This document shows positions 39,504 to 50,008 of a stretch of DNA of 64,000 bases, piece by piece. This DNA is from Phoronis australis (Eukaryota > Animalia > Phoronida). The translations under genes were made by a program, and so were the position numbers. Position 1 is the stretch's first letter, and each line of letters begins with the position of its first letter. Where the stretch lies: NCBI GenBank assembly GCA_002633005.1, contig NMRA01000012.1, positions 400,487-464,486 of the forward strand. The letters run 5' to 3'. The notes under the pieces are model-generated. The model saw nothing but the letters and a program-made list of their open reading frames with translations, was not told the DNA's origin and did no database searches.

Positions 39504-40549
39504 TGTCCTTAAATAGTCAATTTCTTGTTACACAGTGCCTGGAGAATTTGTTCCACCAATTTAAATTTTGATAGTGACATAGCTAGGATTTTCCAGTTAT
39601 TGCGTGCCAATGGTTACTCTCTGAATTTTTTGAACAGCTGTAAAAGGCACTTCCTTTCAAAATGAATGAGGCAGAAAATGTAGCTGTTATTGGACCCGAG
39701 AAAAAGAAAGTTTTCTTCTCTCTTAGTTACACCAGGCCAAGTAGTATAAAATTGAAACATCAATTATCTCACCTTATTCATTGCATAGACCCAGCTGTTG
39801 AACTGATAGTTGTTTTCAAACCTCTTTGGAAACTTTCCAATATGCTGTGTAAATTGAAGTCATCCATCCCTTTATTGAATAATAGCAATGTTGTTTATAA
39901 GGTTGAATGTGACAACTGTAAGGAATTCTATATGGGACTCACACAGAGATGCCTGTGGCAGGCTGAAAGAACATCACACCTCAGAGAAAAGCAACATATA
40001 TAGGCATTATGTTAGCAAAAATCACCAAGCCAATTCTGTTAGTATTACTCTGCAGAGAACCTAATAAGGAATTACTGTACATAACAGGGATATACTTAGC
40101 CACTCGCCCAGTCGCCAATGCGAGTAAAAATGGTGCTGGGCGAGAAGAAGTTGACTTGCCGGTCGCCCAGGTGGCAAGCTAATTTCAGAGCGCAAAAGCA
40201 CTATATCGTTTCCCCAGATGAATATGAATAAATTTTCTCCTCCTTGTGTTGTTTTTATCATGAATTTAAGGTTCAGTTTGATCATCGTGTTGATGCTTCG
40301 GCAGAAAAAAACATCGGCGCAGTGCTACCCTACGGATTCAGTACGTGTCACCCGTTACGCGATTCGTCTAGACAAAAAAATCACGGTGTGTGGTCGTGCA
40401 CAAAGAGTTTGTGGACTAGTCCGAAACAAAGAAAAGGGGGGAAAGGCGGAAGACCGGTCCATGTGCTCATAGCAAGTGAAATACCATATTTCTTGAAACT
40501 GATTTCTTATTGTAATGTACAATGTCATTTTAGCCAAAATTATTTATAT

Positions 40550-40638
40550 ATAACATTAGTCCGAGAAAGCGCCCATGCCCCTATAAGCACCCCCACTCGT
40601 TTTCAGACTTCGCTAAAATAAGCGCCCAGTCCACGAAC

Positions 40639-40673
<35 letters not shown>

Positions 40674-42271
40674 CGAAAAATGTCGTACCTGCATTACTAA
40701 AATTCTACAGTAATATATTCAATTTATCAATAATGTCCGACAGTCCTGAAAAATTATTGTGCGCGGAATTTCTAGACCACGACCCTCGCCGCTATGTCGG
40801 TATTTAGCCGTGACTGTGCACTTCAAACTTCCGCAGTGATTAAAAAAAACGTCATGCAAAGGATTTGTTGATCTTGCGAGGAACATGTCCCACCATGGTC
40901 AGTCCTTTCAGAACAGACGCAGCATACTGGTCAACGGGATTGTATTGTATCTTTCTCGTACAGATCTCCCTCAACAGGAATCCAGATTACTTTGTACACG
41001 TAAAATTATGAAAACCGCGAATGGAAACTTGACCAGTGTTAATGATCATGTGGTCAAGAAGTGCGCGCTAGGGCCTACATATATATGTGGTCCCGCTCAA
41101 TGAGATAAATATAACTATATATGCAGCTTACTGGGACTCGCTGGTTCCCTGCGTGCCGCTAGGTGGGGCGAGCACGCAGGTATCACTTAATTTTCCTCTG
41201 GAAATTTTTTTACACTGGCGTTTCTGATTGGCTAGTCGAATTCTCAACAGGCAGCGCTTTACGCAAACAAACTGGCATGACTGATGGACTGAAGTGTAAA
41301 TGTGGTCTGTTGTACAAACAAATTGGTGCTTAAAATTTATTTACGGAATTGCGAAGCCTAGAAATTGTGATTGCGCCTTTTCGGAATGCATCTTTCTACT
41401 GTTGATGACTTTTGTTTACGATAGTGTCCTGTATTCTTACATACAGTATGAATAACATACCGGTTAAATCGGCCACTGTGTTTATTGTACATGTATGTGC
41501 TTCAAGCACGCGGCTATTAAACATCACTGCAGAAACGAAATAGTTGCTGCGACGCCACTTGCATGACAAGGCTAAAAATCGTTCACAATCTGCCAGTTTT
41601 TCACGGTGTTGTAAAGCTAACCAATGACTGCTGAGATTACATCGACCAATGCTAAAGCGCATGCCACTGCGTGATACCTGCGTGCTGGTTGGGCTAAGCA
41701 CACAGGGAACCAGCAAGCTCACTGGGCCTGCTACTCTGGTATATCAATACTGATGACACGCACGCGCTCGCTCACTCGGTGCACGCCTGTTGACTAACTT
41801 CAATACAAACGTCACGTGACAACAACATGTGTGTTCGTCCAGATTTTTCTTGTGTTGCGGGGTGCGATCTAGCGCAGATTTTGACTTAATCTGCGGTTAA
41901 TCCCGACTCCACAGGAACTTAAGAATCTTAGGAAAAGCTATTTGGAAAACTTAAGGAGGATTTCAGGTAATTTGTTGAGTCGAAACTATTTTTACTCAAG
42001 AATTCAAGTTGCCCTATCGACAATCGCGAAGCAATGACGCATCAGTCGGGAAGTTTTCGCCCTGGGATTTCAGCACATTTTTTCCAAAGATCGTAATTTA
42101 ACAATAAAGTTTGATAGCAATGCACCACAGTTTTGTAGAAAGTCTGTCATAGGTTACTCACACGTCACAGCGCGTAAATTTGATGAATCCCAGCTTTCGA
42201 TTCGGAGACCCAGTTTTAACCGCCGTGGGCTACAACAAGCGCCCCCTTTGCGCTTTTTAGGGCGAATACGG
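40550..42271 (-). mobile_element. Tc2-like MITE family A copy, nested in a hAT-like element and itself interrupted
   Basis: Ends tagggcgaatacgg|TA at 42271. The left TIR is eroded. Interior collinear with 48703-50008 apart from an insertion at about 41120-41731 and a (TA)n run at about 40642-40670. Confidence 0.85.
41120..41731. mobile_element. About 610-bp MITE nested in a family A copy
   Basis: About 65-bp imperfect TIRs (gctggttccctg..agcacgcaggtatcac versus gtgatacctgcgtgct..cagggaaccagc). Absent from other family A copies. Exact termini uncertain. Confidence 0.75.
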
Positions 42272-42432
42272 TAGCCCTAATAGATGGTGACATCAATGCA
42301 CAAAACGGTGATTTTTATTTAAACTGACAGCAAGTTTGTGGTGACTGACACAAATGGCGGGCGATTGAACTTCGAGCTAGGCGAGTAGATTTTCTGGCTC
42401 ACTCGCCCAGCTGGTGAGCAGGGTTTTGAAAC

Positions 42433-42589
42433 CTGGCGTGCGTTCAGTAGACGCTAGGACCTACGCTAGGACCTAACTAAAACCTAGTCAAAGTCACGTG
42501 TTTTTGTTTAAAATGCATGGCAATATCTCGCGTAATCTCGCGAAGTTTTGCTTTTTAGCGAGGTCCTAGCGTTACTGAACGGGAGGCTG
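42433..42589 (+). mobile_element. 157-bp MITE family C
   Basis: Imperfect TIR gttcagtagacgctaggacct / aggtcctagcgttactgaac. Highly similar inverted copy at 43434-43590. Confidence 0.85.
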
Positions 42590-42789
42590 GGTATATCCCT
42601 GCATAAAGGACTCATTGGTTGATCATTCAGAACCAGCATGCTGCTGATTCTCTAAATAGCATGCAGAGCTCAGTGACCCTGCAACTATGGTGATGACCAG
42701 CTACTGACTATATTCCCTGTATCTCTCACTTCCCTTTATGGATGTTACCTGAGCTGAATGTTGGCACTTGCTGTCCTTTGTAAATAATT

Positions 42790-42826
42790 ATCCTGATGAT
42801 GTCCAATGAATGGACGAAACGTTGAT
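42790..42826 (+). ncRNA. Minimal type I hammerhead ribozyme motif of a Penelope pseudo-LTR
   Basis: atc-CTGATGA-T-GTCCA-atgaa-TGGAC-GAAA-CGTT-gat: intact core boxes, perfect 5-bp stem II, palindromic AACGTT in place of stem III, 3-bp stem I. Confidence 0.75.
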
Positions 42827-43433
42827 TGAACATGAGCTTTTTATGTGTGCGGCGCAATCGTCCGGTTTTTAACCTTTAATCATGTCTCTTGGTCAGTCAC
42901 TTTACCAATGTTCTGTTGAATGTCGAACTTTGTTGCGAGGATACCAAGGCAATGGAATAAAGATAGTCAGCAACGACAAATGTCATGTGTTAAACAAGTA
43001 GGGACAAATCATAAAGATCTTCTAAACACATTACTAGGTGATAGCTTAGAAAAGGTAGCAGCTAGTTGTTTATAAATTGTCATAGGTTTGAAACTTTAGT
43101 TAATATTACTAACACCAATGGAATGTTTAATGTTATTTAAAGAAGGTGGTAAGTGATCACTTTGTTGGGTACACTTATCTTGGTTATAATTAATTGTTAT
43201 TATCCTGAATACAAAGTCTTGTGGTAATTACATTCTTGTGATCAGATACCTTGATTGAGACTTGCAAGGCTTCTGTGTTTTGTTTTAAAAGGTTTCCGTA
43301 CTGAATTTGACGTCATGATTGCGTCATTGAGTTAATGATTATGTCCAGAAGCACTTTTCTATTTTTTTCCTTGTGTAACTTCCATTCTTGAAATTGGCAT
43401 ATGGAGTTCTTGTAGTCTTAGGAAAATAAACAA

Positions 43434-43590
43434 CAGCCTCCCGTTCAGTAACGCTAGGACCTCGCTAAAAAGCAAGACTTCGCGAGATTACTTGAGAAAT
43501 TGCCGTATATTTTAAATGAGAACACGTGACTTTGACTAGGTTTTAGCTAGGTCCCAGCGTAGGTCCTAACGTCTACTGAACACACGCCTG
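43434..43590 (-). mobile_element. 157-bp MITE family C, inverted copy
   Basis: cagcctcccgttcagtaacgctagg...tactgaacacacgcctg is the reverse complement of 42433-42589. Confidence 0.85.
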
Positions 43591-43825
43591 ATCTTCTCTT
43601 CTTGCACAACAGGAAGTGAGTGAGGTGCACCTTTGTTGAGAATCTCATGGAAAGCTGTGCTCAGCACTAGTAAAGTTGCCCTTTTTAAAAATATTTATTA
43701 AAGAATTTTCTTATCATTTGAAATAAGTTTCAAAACATTTTCTTCATCACTTTTGTACCCATGTTGTAGCAATGCTCCTGTCTCTTAGTCTGAATGTTGT
43801 TTTCATAGATAAACATGGACATTAA

Positions 43826-45484
43826 AAGGGGACTGTAGTCAAAATAATATTGCAGTTAATCGGTTCTAACACACAAATAAAACTCACATTTGCCTGACTT
43901 GCGTGCCAAACAAAAGCCGATTCATATTCCTGGTCAAAACAATGAATTCTGAAAGCGATCGCTGATTGGCTGATGTGTCAGTGACGTCAACGGCGGGGTA
44001 TCGGCTGCTTTACACATTCATTGCTTATGTCATATTTGAAGAGTTTACATCGTAATTTATCATTGTATCAATCGTCCTTATTTGTTATTGTTTGCCACAG
44101 TGCTGTAAAAGGTTCGCTATGCCTTTTTGTATGGCACCTGGTTGCTCAAACTCTCGAAAAAGGTGTCAGTTCTAATGGGATGGTCTTCGCATACCATCGC
44201 CGGGTTACCCAAGCCTTGGCCCAAAGCTCAGTGTATACTAGATATAGGCCTACAGGTTTGAGCCGATATGGGTAAAAAATGTACAAATAAAATCTAACTC
44301 AAATCAATGTCATTAAAACTAATCTCATCCTTGAGTAAACCTAGGAACCAGGTTCCTAGAGTAAACTAACTTCTGCCATTTACCGGTGTTGGAAATGTTA
44401 GCGATCGTTCATCGGCTGCTGCTAGTAAAATTGTGATGTGTTCTCTTCAGTCAGCTTTTTGCGATTACGTCACCTGACCTTTACCAGTTTCTTTTCCCCG
44501 CCTGATTCTTTTATCAAGTGTTCGTCGCTGACGGTACCTACTAGGTTGCGTACATGTTATAACAAATTATCGGAATTTGTTTCATTTTGTTTCAAGTTTT
44601 TAGTATTTTTACAAACCGAATTTTAGAACAACCTTGGTGCTGCGAAGCTGTCATCATATCCCGAAAGACGTCTCAAATTTTTATGAAATGGCGCGTGCGC
44701 CGTGTCTCGAGCGTGCTGTTTTTCGGAAACGGACGGCACACTTCTTTGTTAAAAAGGCGGCAAATTATGCTACCAAATGACGTTTATTTGATTGTTTTCA
44801 ACTTAAACGGCTGCAACGAACAATGGGAGTGTCGGGGGTGACTACCAGATTTTGCATGCGCCCCCGCCGGTCCGTTAGCTTTATATGTTGATGTAGCCTA
44901 AGTTTTACGACGAGGTGACGAGCATAACTGAGTCAACTATACTCGGGTAGTCGATGGCTGCCTGAAATTTCGGGGTTAACGGAGCTCAACACACAGTGGT
45001 ACGATAGTCTTCATACAGCTACAGTCGGTAATTTACCAACCCTTCAAGTTTACGGAACTGAGTATTGGCTGACAGCTGGCTGACTAGATGGCTAGAGTCC
45101 ACATTGCCCTCGGCACAGTCACACCAGTGTAAATTTTTGATACGGACTGGTTGCACCGGCAAATTTTCGTCTGACGATGACGATGACTGGGTATCACTTT
45201 GTGTTGCCTCGGCTCAAACAGGTATCCCTGGTGACCCGACATTTCACACTAAAATTTCTTATTCTGACAATATGAAAAACGCTACTTGATTGCACGCTAA
45301 CACAGGACAGTGACTTGGTCCCCGCCAATTACGTCACGAGACTAAGCATCGCTCCAAGCCGGTAATTTTTTGAGCTTCGTTAGAGAATATAAGTTTAATT
45401 TCTGGTGTTGAATTATTTGTGAAATTAATCAACAATTCATAGAAAACTATCCAGAATTTATTCAGAATAAAATACAGTTCCCTT
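43826..45484. mobile_element. Internally deleted Kolobok transposon with THAP and KolX ORF stubs
   Basis: TTAA|AAGGGGACTGTA ... TACAGTTCCCTT|TTAA. Plus strand from 44119: MPFCMAPGCSNS..AYHR (THAP-like). Minus strand from 45242: MSGHQGYLFEP, frameshift, SSSSSDE..RIKNLHWCDC (KolX-like). Confidence 0.8.
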
Positions 45485-46053
45485 TTAAGCTCAGTGATGA
45501 TGTTTATTTGGCTGTCACACTTCTTTTGTGTAGGGTGTTTTCTCTAATAGTCTGTGCACTTAGTTTGTGCACTATTTTTAACTCATGTCGTGGGACTGTA
45601 AGCATTAATTGAATCTATGTTGTGACCTCCGGAGCACGTGAATCTAGCACACGGGCACTTCTGCACTGTTGCCGTGTGACAATAGCTGCAATCCAGTTGG
45701 AGCGCTGCATGGTCACTGGTCGTCTGCGCACTACAGTTCTAACAAGACCACAAGACGACACGATATTATTACTCCGCGCAATTTTGTAAATTTACTTGGG
45801 AAGGACTAATCAAAGGGGAACAGAACCTTTGTTGGGAAAATCCGCTGTTATGACATTTTGACCGTCATTAGGTAGGTGTCTGGACTATCAATGTGTACGA
45901 AGTGTTAGAGAAATCACCGTAAAAGTTCTTACTAGTTCCTTAACAAAATTTTTCAATTTGCTGCCATGTGCTCAAATTCCTGAGGTTATATGATTACTTT
46001 GAGTGGAAACATGATGTGTAACCAGTCACATGGAAAGAGTTTGTTGGTCCACG

Positions 46054-46221
46054 CTTTAACCAAGCAGTTGGCGATTAATCAAACATCTTCAAAAATCGGG
46101 GATGAACACTTAACCGAGCACTGAGTGTTTAATCGAAAGTCTTCAGTCATGCTTGGGCACTTAGCCAAGTAGTAGGGAATGCCACTAAGTTAAACATGGG
46201 CATTACCCCATATATTTACGG
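46054..46221. mobile_element. Eroded right end of a family B relative
   Basis: ttaaccgagca, tcaaaaatcg and catgggc motifs as in 39300-39455. Ends ttacgg|TA. Confidence 0.6.
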
Positions 46222-46402
46222 TAACTAACCAGTCATATGTATGAATTACAAGTATAGTGCGTAACACTTTGCTGTGAATGGCTGCACATTTTAGCACTGG
46301 CTTTTAATATTCCGGACGCACCTAACTTTATCTGATCACATGCCTGAAAAATTCCGTTAGTATTTTCTAAGATTTCTTGCGCTTTGCATTGTATCTAGGT
46401 TG

Positions 46403-47827
46403 TGAGTATGCCAGGTATATGTTCAGTATATATTGCTCGTAGTTTGAACCACAGACCATAATCATATCACAAATACATAGCATACTTGTACCACGCTCGA
46501 GTTATGCCTTATGCGGAACTATGCACAAAGTATGATCTGTGTAATAGTGGACACAGCATTGTTTTTTGTGCCCTGAACCTTCAACCATACAGTCGTATTG
46601 TTTACATTCAGTTTACCCATTTAAATTGAAGTACATGGACAACCAACTCTGTATATTCTCAATGGACAAAATCTGTGATCGTATGCACAAGGCGCGACCA
46701 ACAGTATTGGTCGAAAAGTCACTAATCACTAGCAGCGCCAGGTGTGAGTCACAGTTTTACTTTCGGCTAGTAAATCGTCTGCTCACAAAAAGGAAGCTTA
46801 GACAAGCATTGAAAGAGATTGGTGCATCCTATGGGAATTGGATAGGAAAATATCTGTGTATCATAAATTTATACAAAAATATTGAGAAGCATATGAAATG
46901 TGTATCATGCGTAGGAAAGCATGTCATTGGGCAACTCATTAGAAATTAGGAAAAGCAGAAGTGTGATGAGGCGTTTAGAATTAGTATTAATCATTACATG
47001 GCATATTACATCAGAGGTTGAAAAACTAAGTTACACTCACTGACACATCCTGTTTGTTCATGGTGAAGTTAATCCTTCAAATGTGTACTACAGTATTTCC
47101 CTGCAAGATTTAATCGANTGAGTATGCCAGGTATATGTTCAGTATATATTGCTCGTAGTTTGAAGCACAGATCATAACCATATCACAAATACATAGCATA
47201 CTTGTACCACGCTCGACTGATGCGGAACTATGCACAAAGTATGATCTGTGTAATAGTGGACACAGCATTGTTTTTTGTGTGCCCTGAACCCTCAACCACA
47301 CAGTCGTATTGTTTATATTCGGTGTACCCATTTAAATTAAAGTACATGGACAACCAACTCTGTATATTCTCAATGGACAAAATCTGTGATCGTATGCACA
47401 AGGCGCGACCAACAGTATTGGTCGAAAAGTCACTAATCACTAGCAGCGCCAGGTGTGCGTCACAGTTTTACTTTCGGCTAGTAAATCGTCTGCTCACAAA
47501 AAGGAAGCTTAGACAAGCATTGAAAGAGATTGGTGCATCCTATGGGAATTGGATAGGAAAATATCTGTGTATCATAAATTTATACAAAAATATTGAGAAG
47601 CATATGAAATGTGTATCATGCGTAGGAAAGCATGTCATTGGGCAACTCATTAGAAATTAGGAAAAGCAGAAGTGTGATGAGGCGTTTAGAATTAGTATTA
47701 ATCATTACATGGCATATTACATCAGAGGTTGAAAAACTAAGTTACACTCACTGACACATCCTGTTTGTTCATGGTGAAGTTAATCCTTCAAATGTGTACT
47801 ACAGTATTTCCCTGCAAGATTTAATCG
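46403..47827. repeat. About 710-bp direct duplication separated by a single N, probable assembly or haplotype artefact
   Basis: 46403-47117 and 47119-47827 are nearly identical, with N at 47118 exactly at the junction. Confidence 0.9.
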
Positions 47828-48702
47828 ATTGTTAGTTGATGTTTTAGAACGTATAATTGGAACTTCTGAGGAATTTCAAATGTTCAGTAAGTGAAATTAG
47901 TCTGTGCAAGAGTTCTCAGCTGGTTGCATTCGAAGCTGTTGCCCACCAGCTTAGAATGGTAATGTTTTCTCTTCATGTTCTGGTTGGAAACATGCATATT
48001 TCCATATAGTAACAATTGCAGTTAAAGACTTTATTAACTTCGTGGACATCATCCATAGTATGGGTTTTCCAGAGTTTGGCTTGATCCCATGTTCTGAGAT
48101 GAGGTCAAGCAAGACCATGCTAAATCATGGGAATGAATGGTGAGTCACAGTTTTGTGATTACCATAAACATAGAAAAACTTACCAGCACAGAGTAGCAAA
48201 ATGGTGAACACTGAAGCGATGGGTCAGGAAGGCTAGGATGTTGAATTTTGAGTGTTCAATTATTGAAAAAATTCCCGATTTCTGTCTCTTCAGCAAAGAT
48301 TTGTCTTTGCGAAAATCATGAATTTGCAATACAAGCCAGATCTGACTGACAGCCAGTTTCAAGCCTTGTTGATGCACTGTTGTTACAGGAAATCTGGTTA
48401 TAATTTCCAGGCATTACCATTCAGTCATGTGCCCAATCAGAACATCCTAATATAAGATCAACTGATTTATGAAGTCTGTGATTAAGCTAAGTGCCATTTG
48501 CAATATGGGTCCTTGAAACAAGGACATGGTAGCGAAAATAGTCTGAAATTAATGATTACTTCATGTTCATTAACGGGTACATTAGTGAAGTATACTTGTT
48601 TATTACAATTTGGACAGATCACGAAGTTATAAACTCATATTTTAGTGTCAATAATTCTTCATATTGACTGCTGCTGCTGTAGCACTGTTTTAATTCCTTT
48701 TA

Positions 48703-50008
48703 CCATATTCCCCCTAATAAGCGCCCATGGCCCTATAAGCAGCCTACGCGTTTTCAGACTAAAATAAGTGCCCGGTCCATGAACGTGTACTCGCGCAAAA
48801 AGGCTTACCTACAGTTCTAAAATTGTACAGTAACGTCTTCAATTTATCAATAATATCCGACAGTCCTGAAAAAATCCGAATTTTTAGACCCCGATCCTCG
48901 CCGCCGTGTTGGTATTTAGCCGTGACCATACACTTCAAACTTCCGCCATGCTTCAAAAGAACGCACAAGTTTTGCTGATCTTGCGAGGAACGTGTCCCAC
49001 TATGGTCTGGCCTTTCAGAACAGGTGCAGTGTACTTGTATTGTAACTTTCCTGTACATATCTTCTCCATCAACAGGAATCCAAATTTCTTTGTACACGTG
49101 AAACCCGCGAATCGAAGACTAATAAAAAAAATTGACCAGTGTTAAAAGCAAGTGGCCAGGAAGCGTGCACTACATACATGTAAGCCTACCTGTGAATGCA
49201 GACATTAGTTTTCGGGAACTTATTCATGAAACGGGTAGCATAGCATCGGCAAGAAATAAATATTGGCGCTAATTTCCGAAGGTTTCTAATACCGTGCATT
49301 ATTTTGAAGAGGAATTGTTTAATTAATCATAATTGGTGTTTTTAAAGTCAAGTATCTGATAAAATGACCCAGTGATAGTGAACACTTCTGCACCCTTACA
49401 CCGGAATATCCCGGAAAATAGCTACCCTCCTTGATTGCATCTACTCTGGCAAATGGACTCTGATGTCCCGCATGCGCTCGCTCAGTCGGCATACACACGC
49501 AGACGAACTTCAAAACAAATCTCACGTGACAATATGTGTGTTCGTCCAGATTTTTTTTGTGTTGCGGGGTGCGATCTAGCGCAGATTTGGACTTAATTTG
49601 CAGTTAATCCCGACTCGATATGAACTGAAAAATCTAAGGGACACTATTTAGAAAACCTAAAGAGGATTTCAGGTAATTTGTTGAGTCGAAACTGTATTTT
49701 TATTCAAGTTGCCCTTTCGACGATCGCGAGACAGCGATGCATCAGCTGGCGAGTTTTCGGGCCGGGATTTCCGCTCAATTTTCTGAAAAAGGATCGTAAT
49801 TTAACAATGAAGATTGATAGCAATGCACTACAATTTTGTGGAAAGTCTGTCATAGGTTACAGGTATGTCATAGAGCGTATATTTGATGAATCCTAGCTTC
49901 CGATTTTGCCTGTTTCGAAGACCATGATTCAACCGCCTTAGGCTACAAAAGCACCCGCCCAAAACGAATTTTTCTAAGTGCCCTGGGTACTTATTAGGGT
50001 GAATATGG
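48703..50008 (-). mobile_element. Tc2-like MITE family A, most complete copy (1306 bp)
   Basis: TA|CCATATTCCCCCTAATAAGCGCCC ... GGGTACTTATTAGGGTGAATATGG|TA. No transposase ORF. Confidence 0.88.

Larger units (their letters stand above)
36715..39520 (+). mobile_element. Penelope-like element fragment 1 (GIY-YIG C-terminus and 3' end), interrupted by 37069-39455
   Basis: Frameshifted SY(I)GQTVCCLSRQLPMHLQNGAIQEH...ENT...LKVLESLLI at 36720-36915 resembles Penelope endonucleases. A hammerhead-like motif follows the insertion. Confidence 0.7.
40085..42601. mobile_element. hAT-like non-autonomous element with a 5-bp target duplication
   Basis: CATAA|CAGGGATATAC ... GTATATCCCTG|CATAA. Sub-terminal (C)TCGCCCAG motifs at both ends. 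Its removal restores the Penelope reading frame. Confidence 0.85.
39522..42880 (+). mobile_element. Penelope-like element fragment 2 (RT thumb, linker, GIY-YIG, pseudo-LTR), interrupted by 40085-42601
   Basis: LLHSAWRICS...LLRANGYSLNFL, then NVVYKVECDNCKEFYMGLTQR, CREPNKELLY|IKDSL across the insertion, and SLNSMQSSVTLQLW* ending at 42693. Several frameshifts. A hammerhead motif lies downstream. Confidence 0.85.

Noticed and set aside
46566-47660. Twin ORFs of 127 aa and 152 aa suggesting a duplicated gene
   Set aside because: They arise from the duplication at the N gap, start at non-ATG codons and show no recognisable domain.
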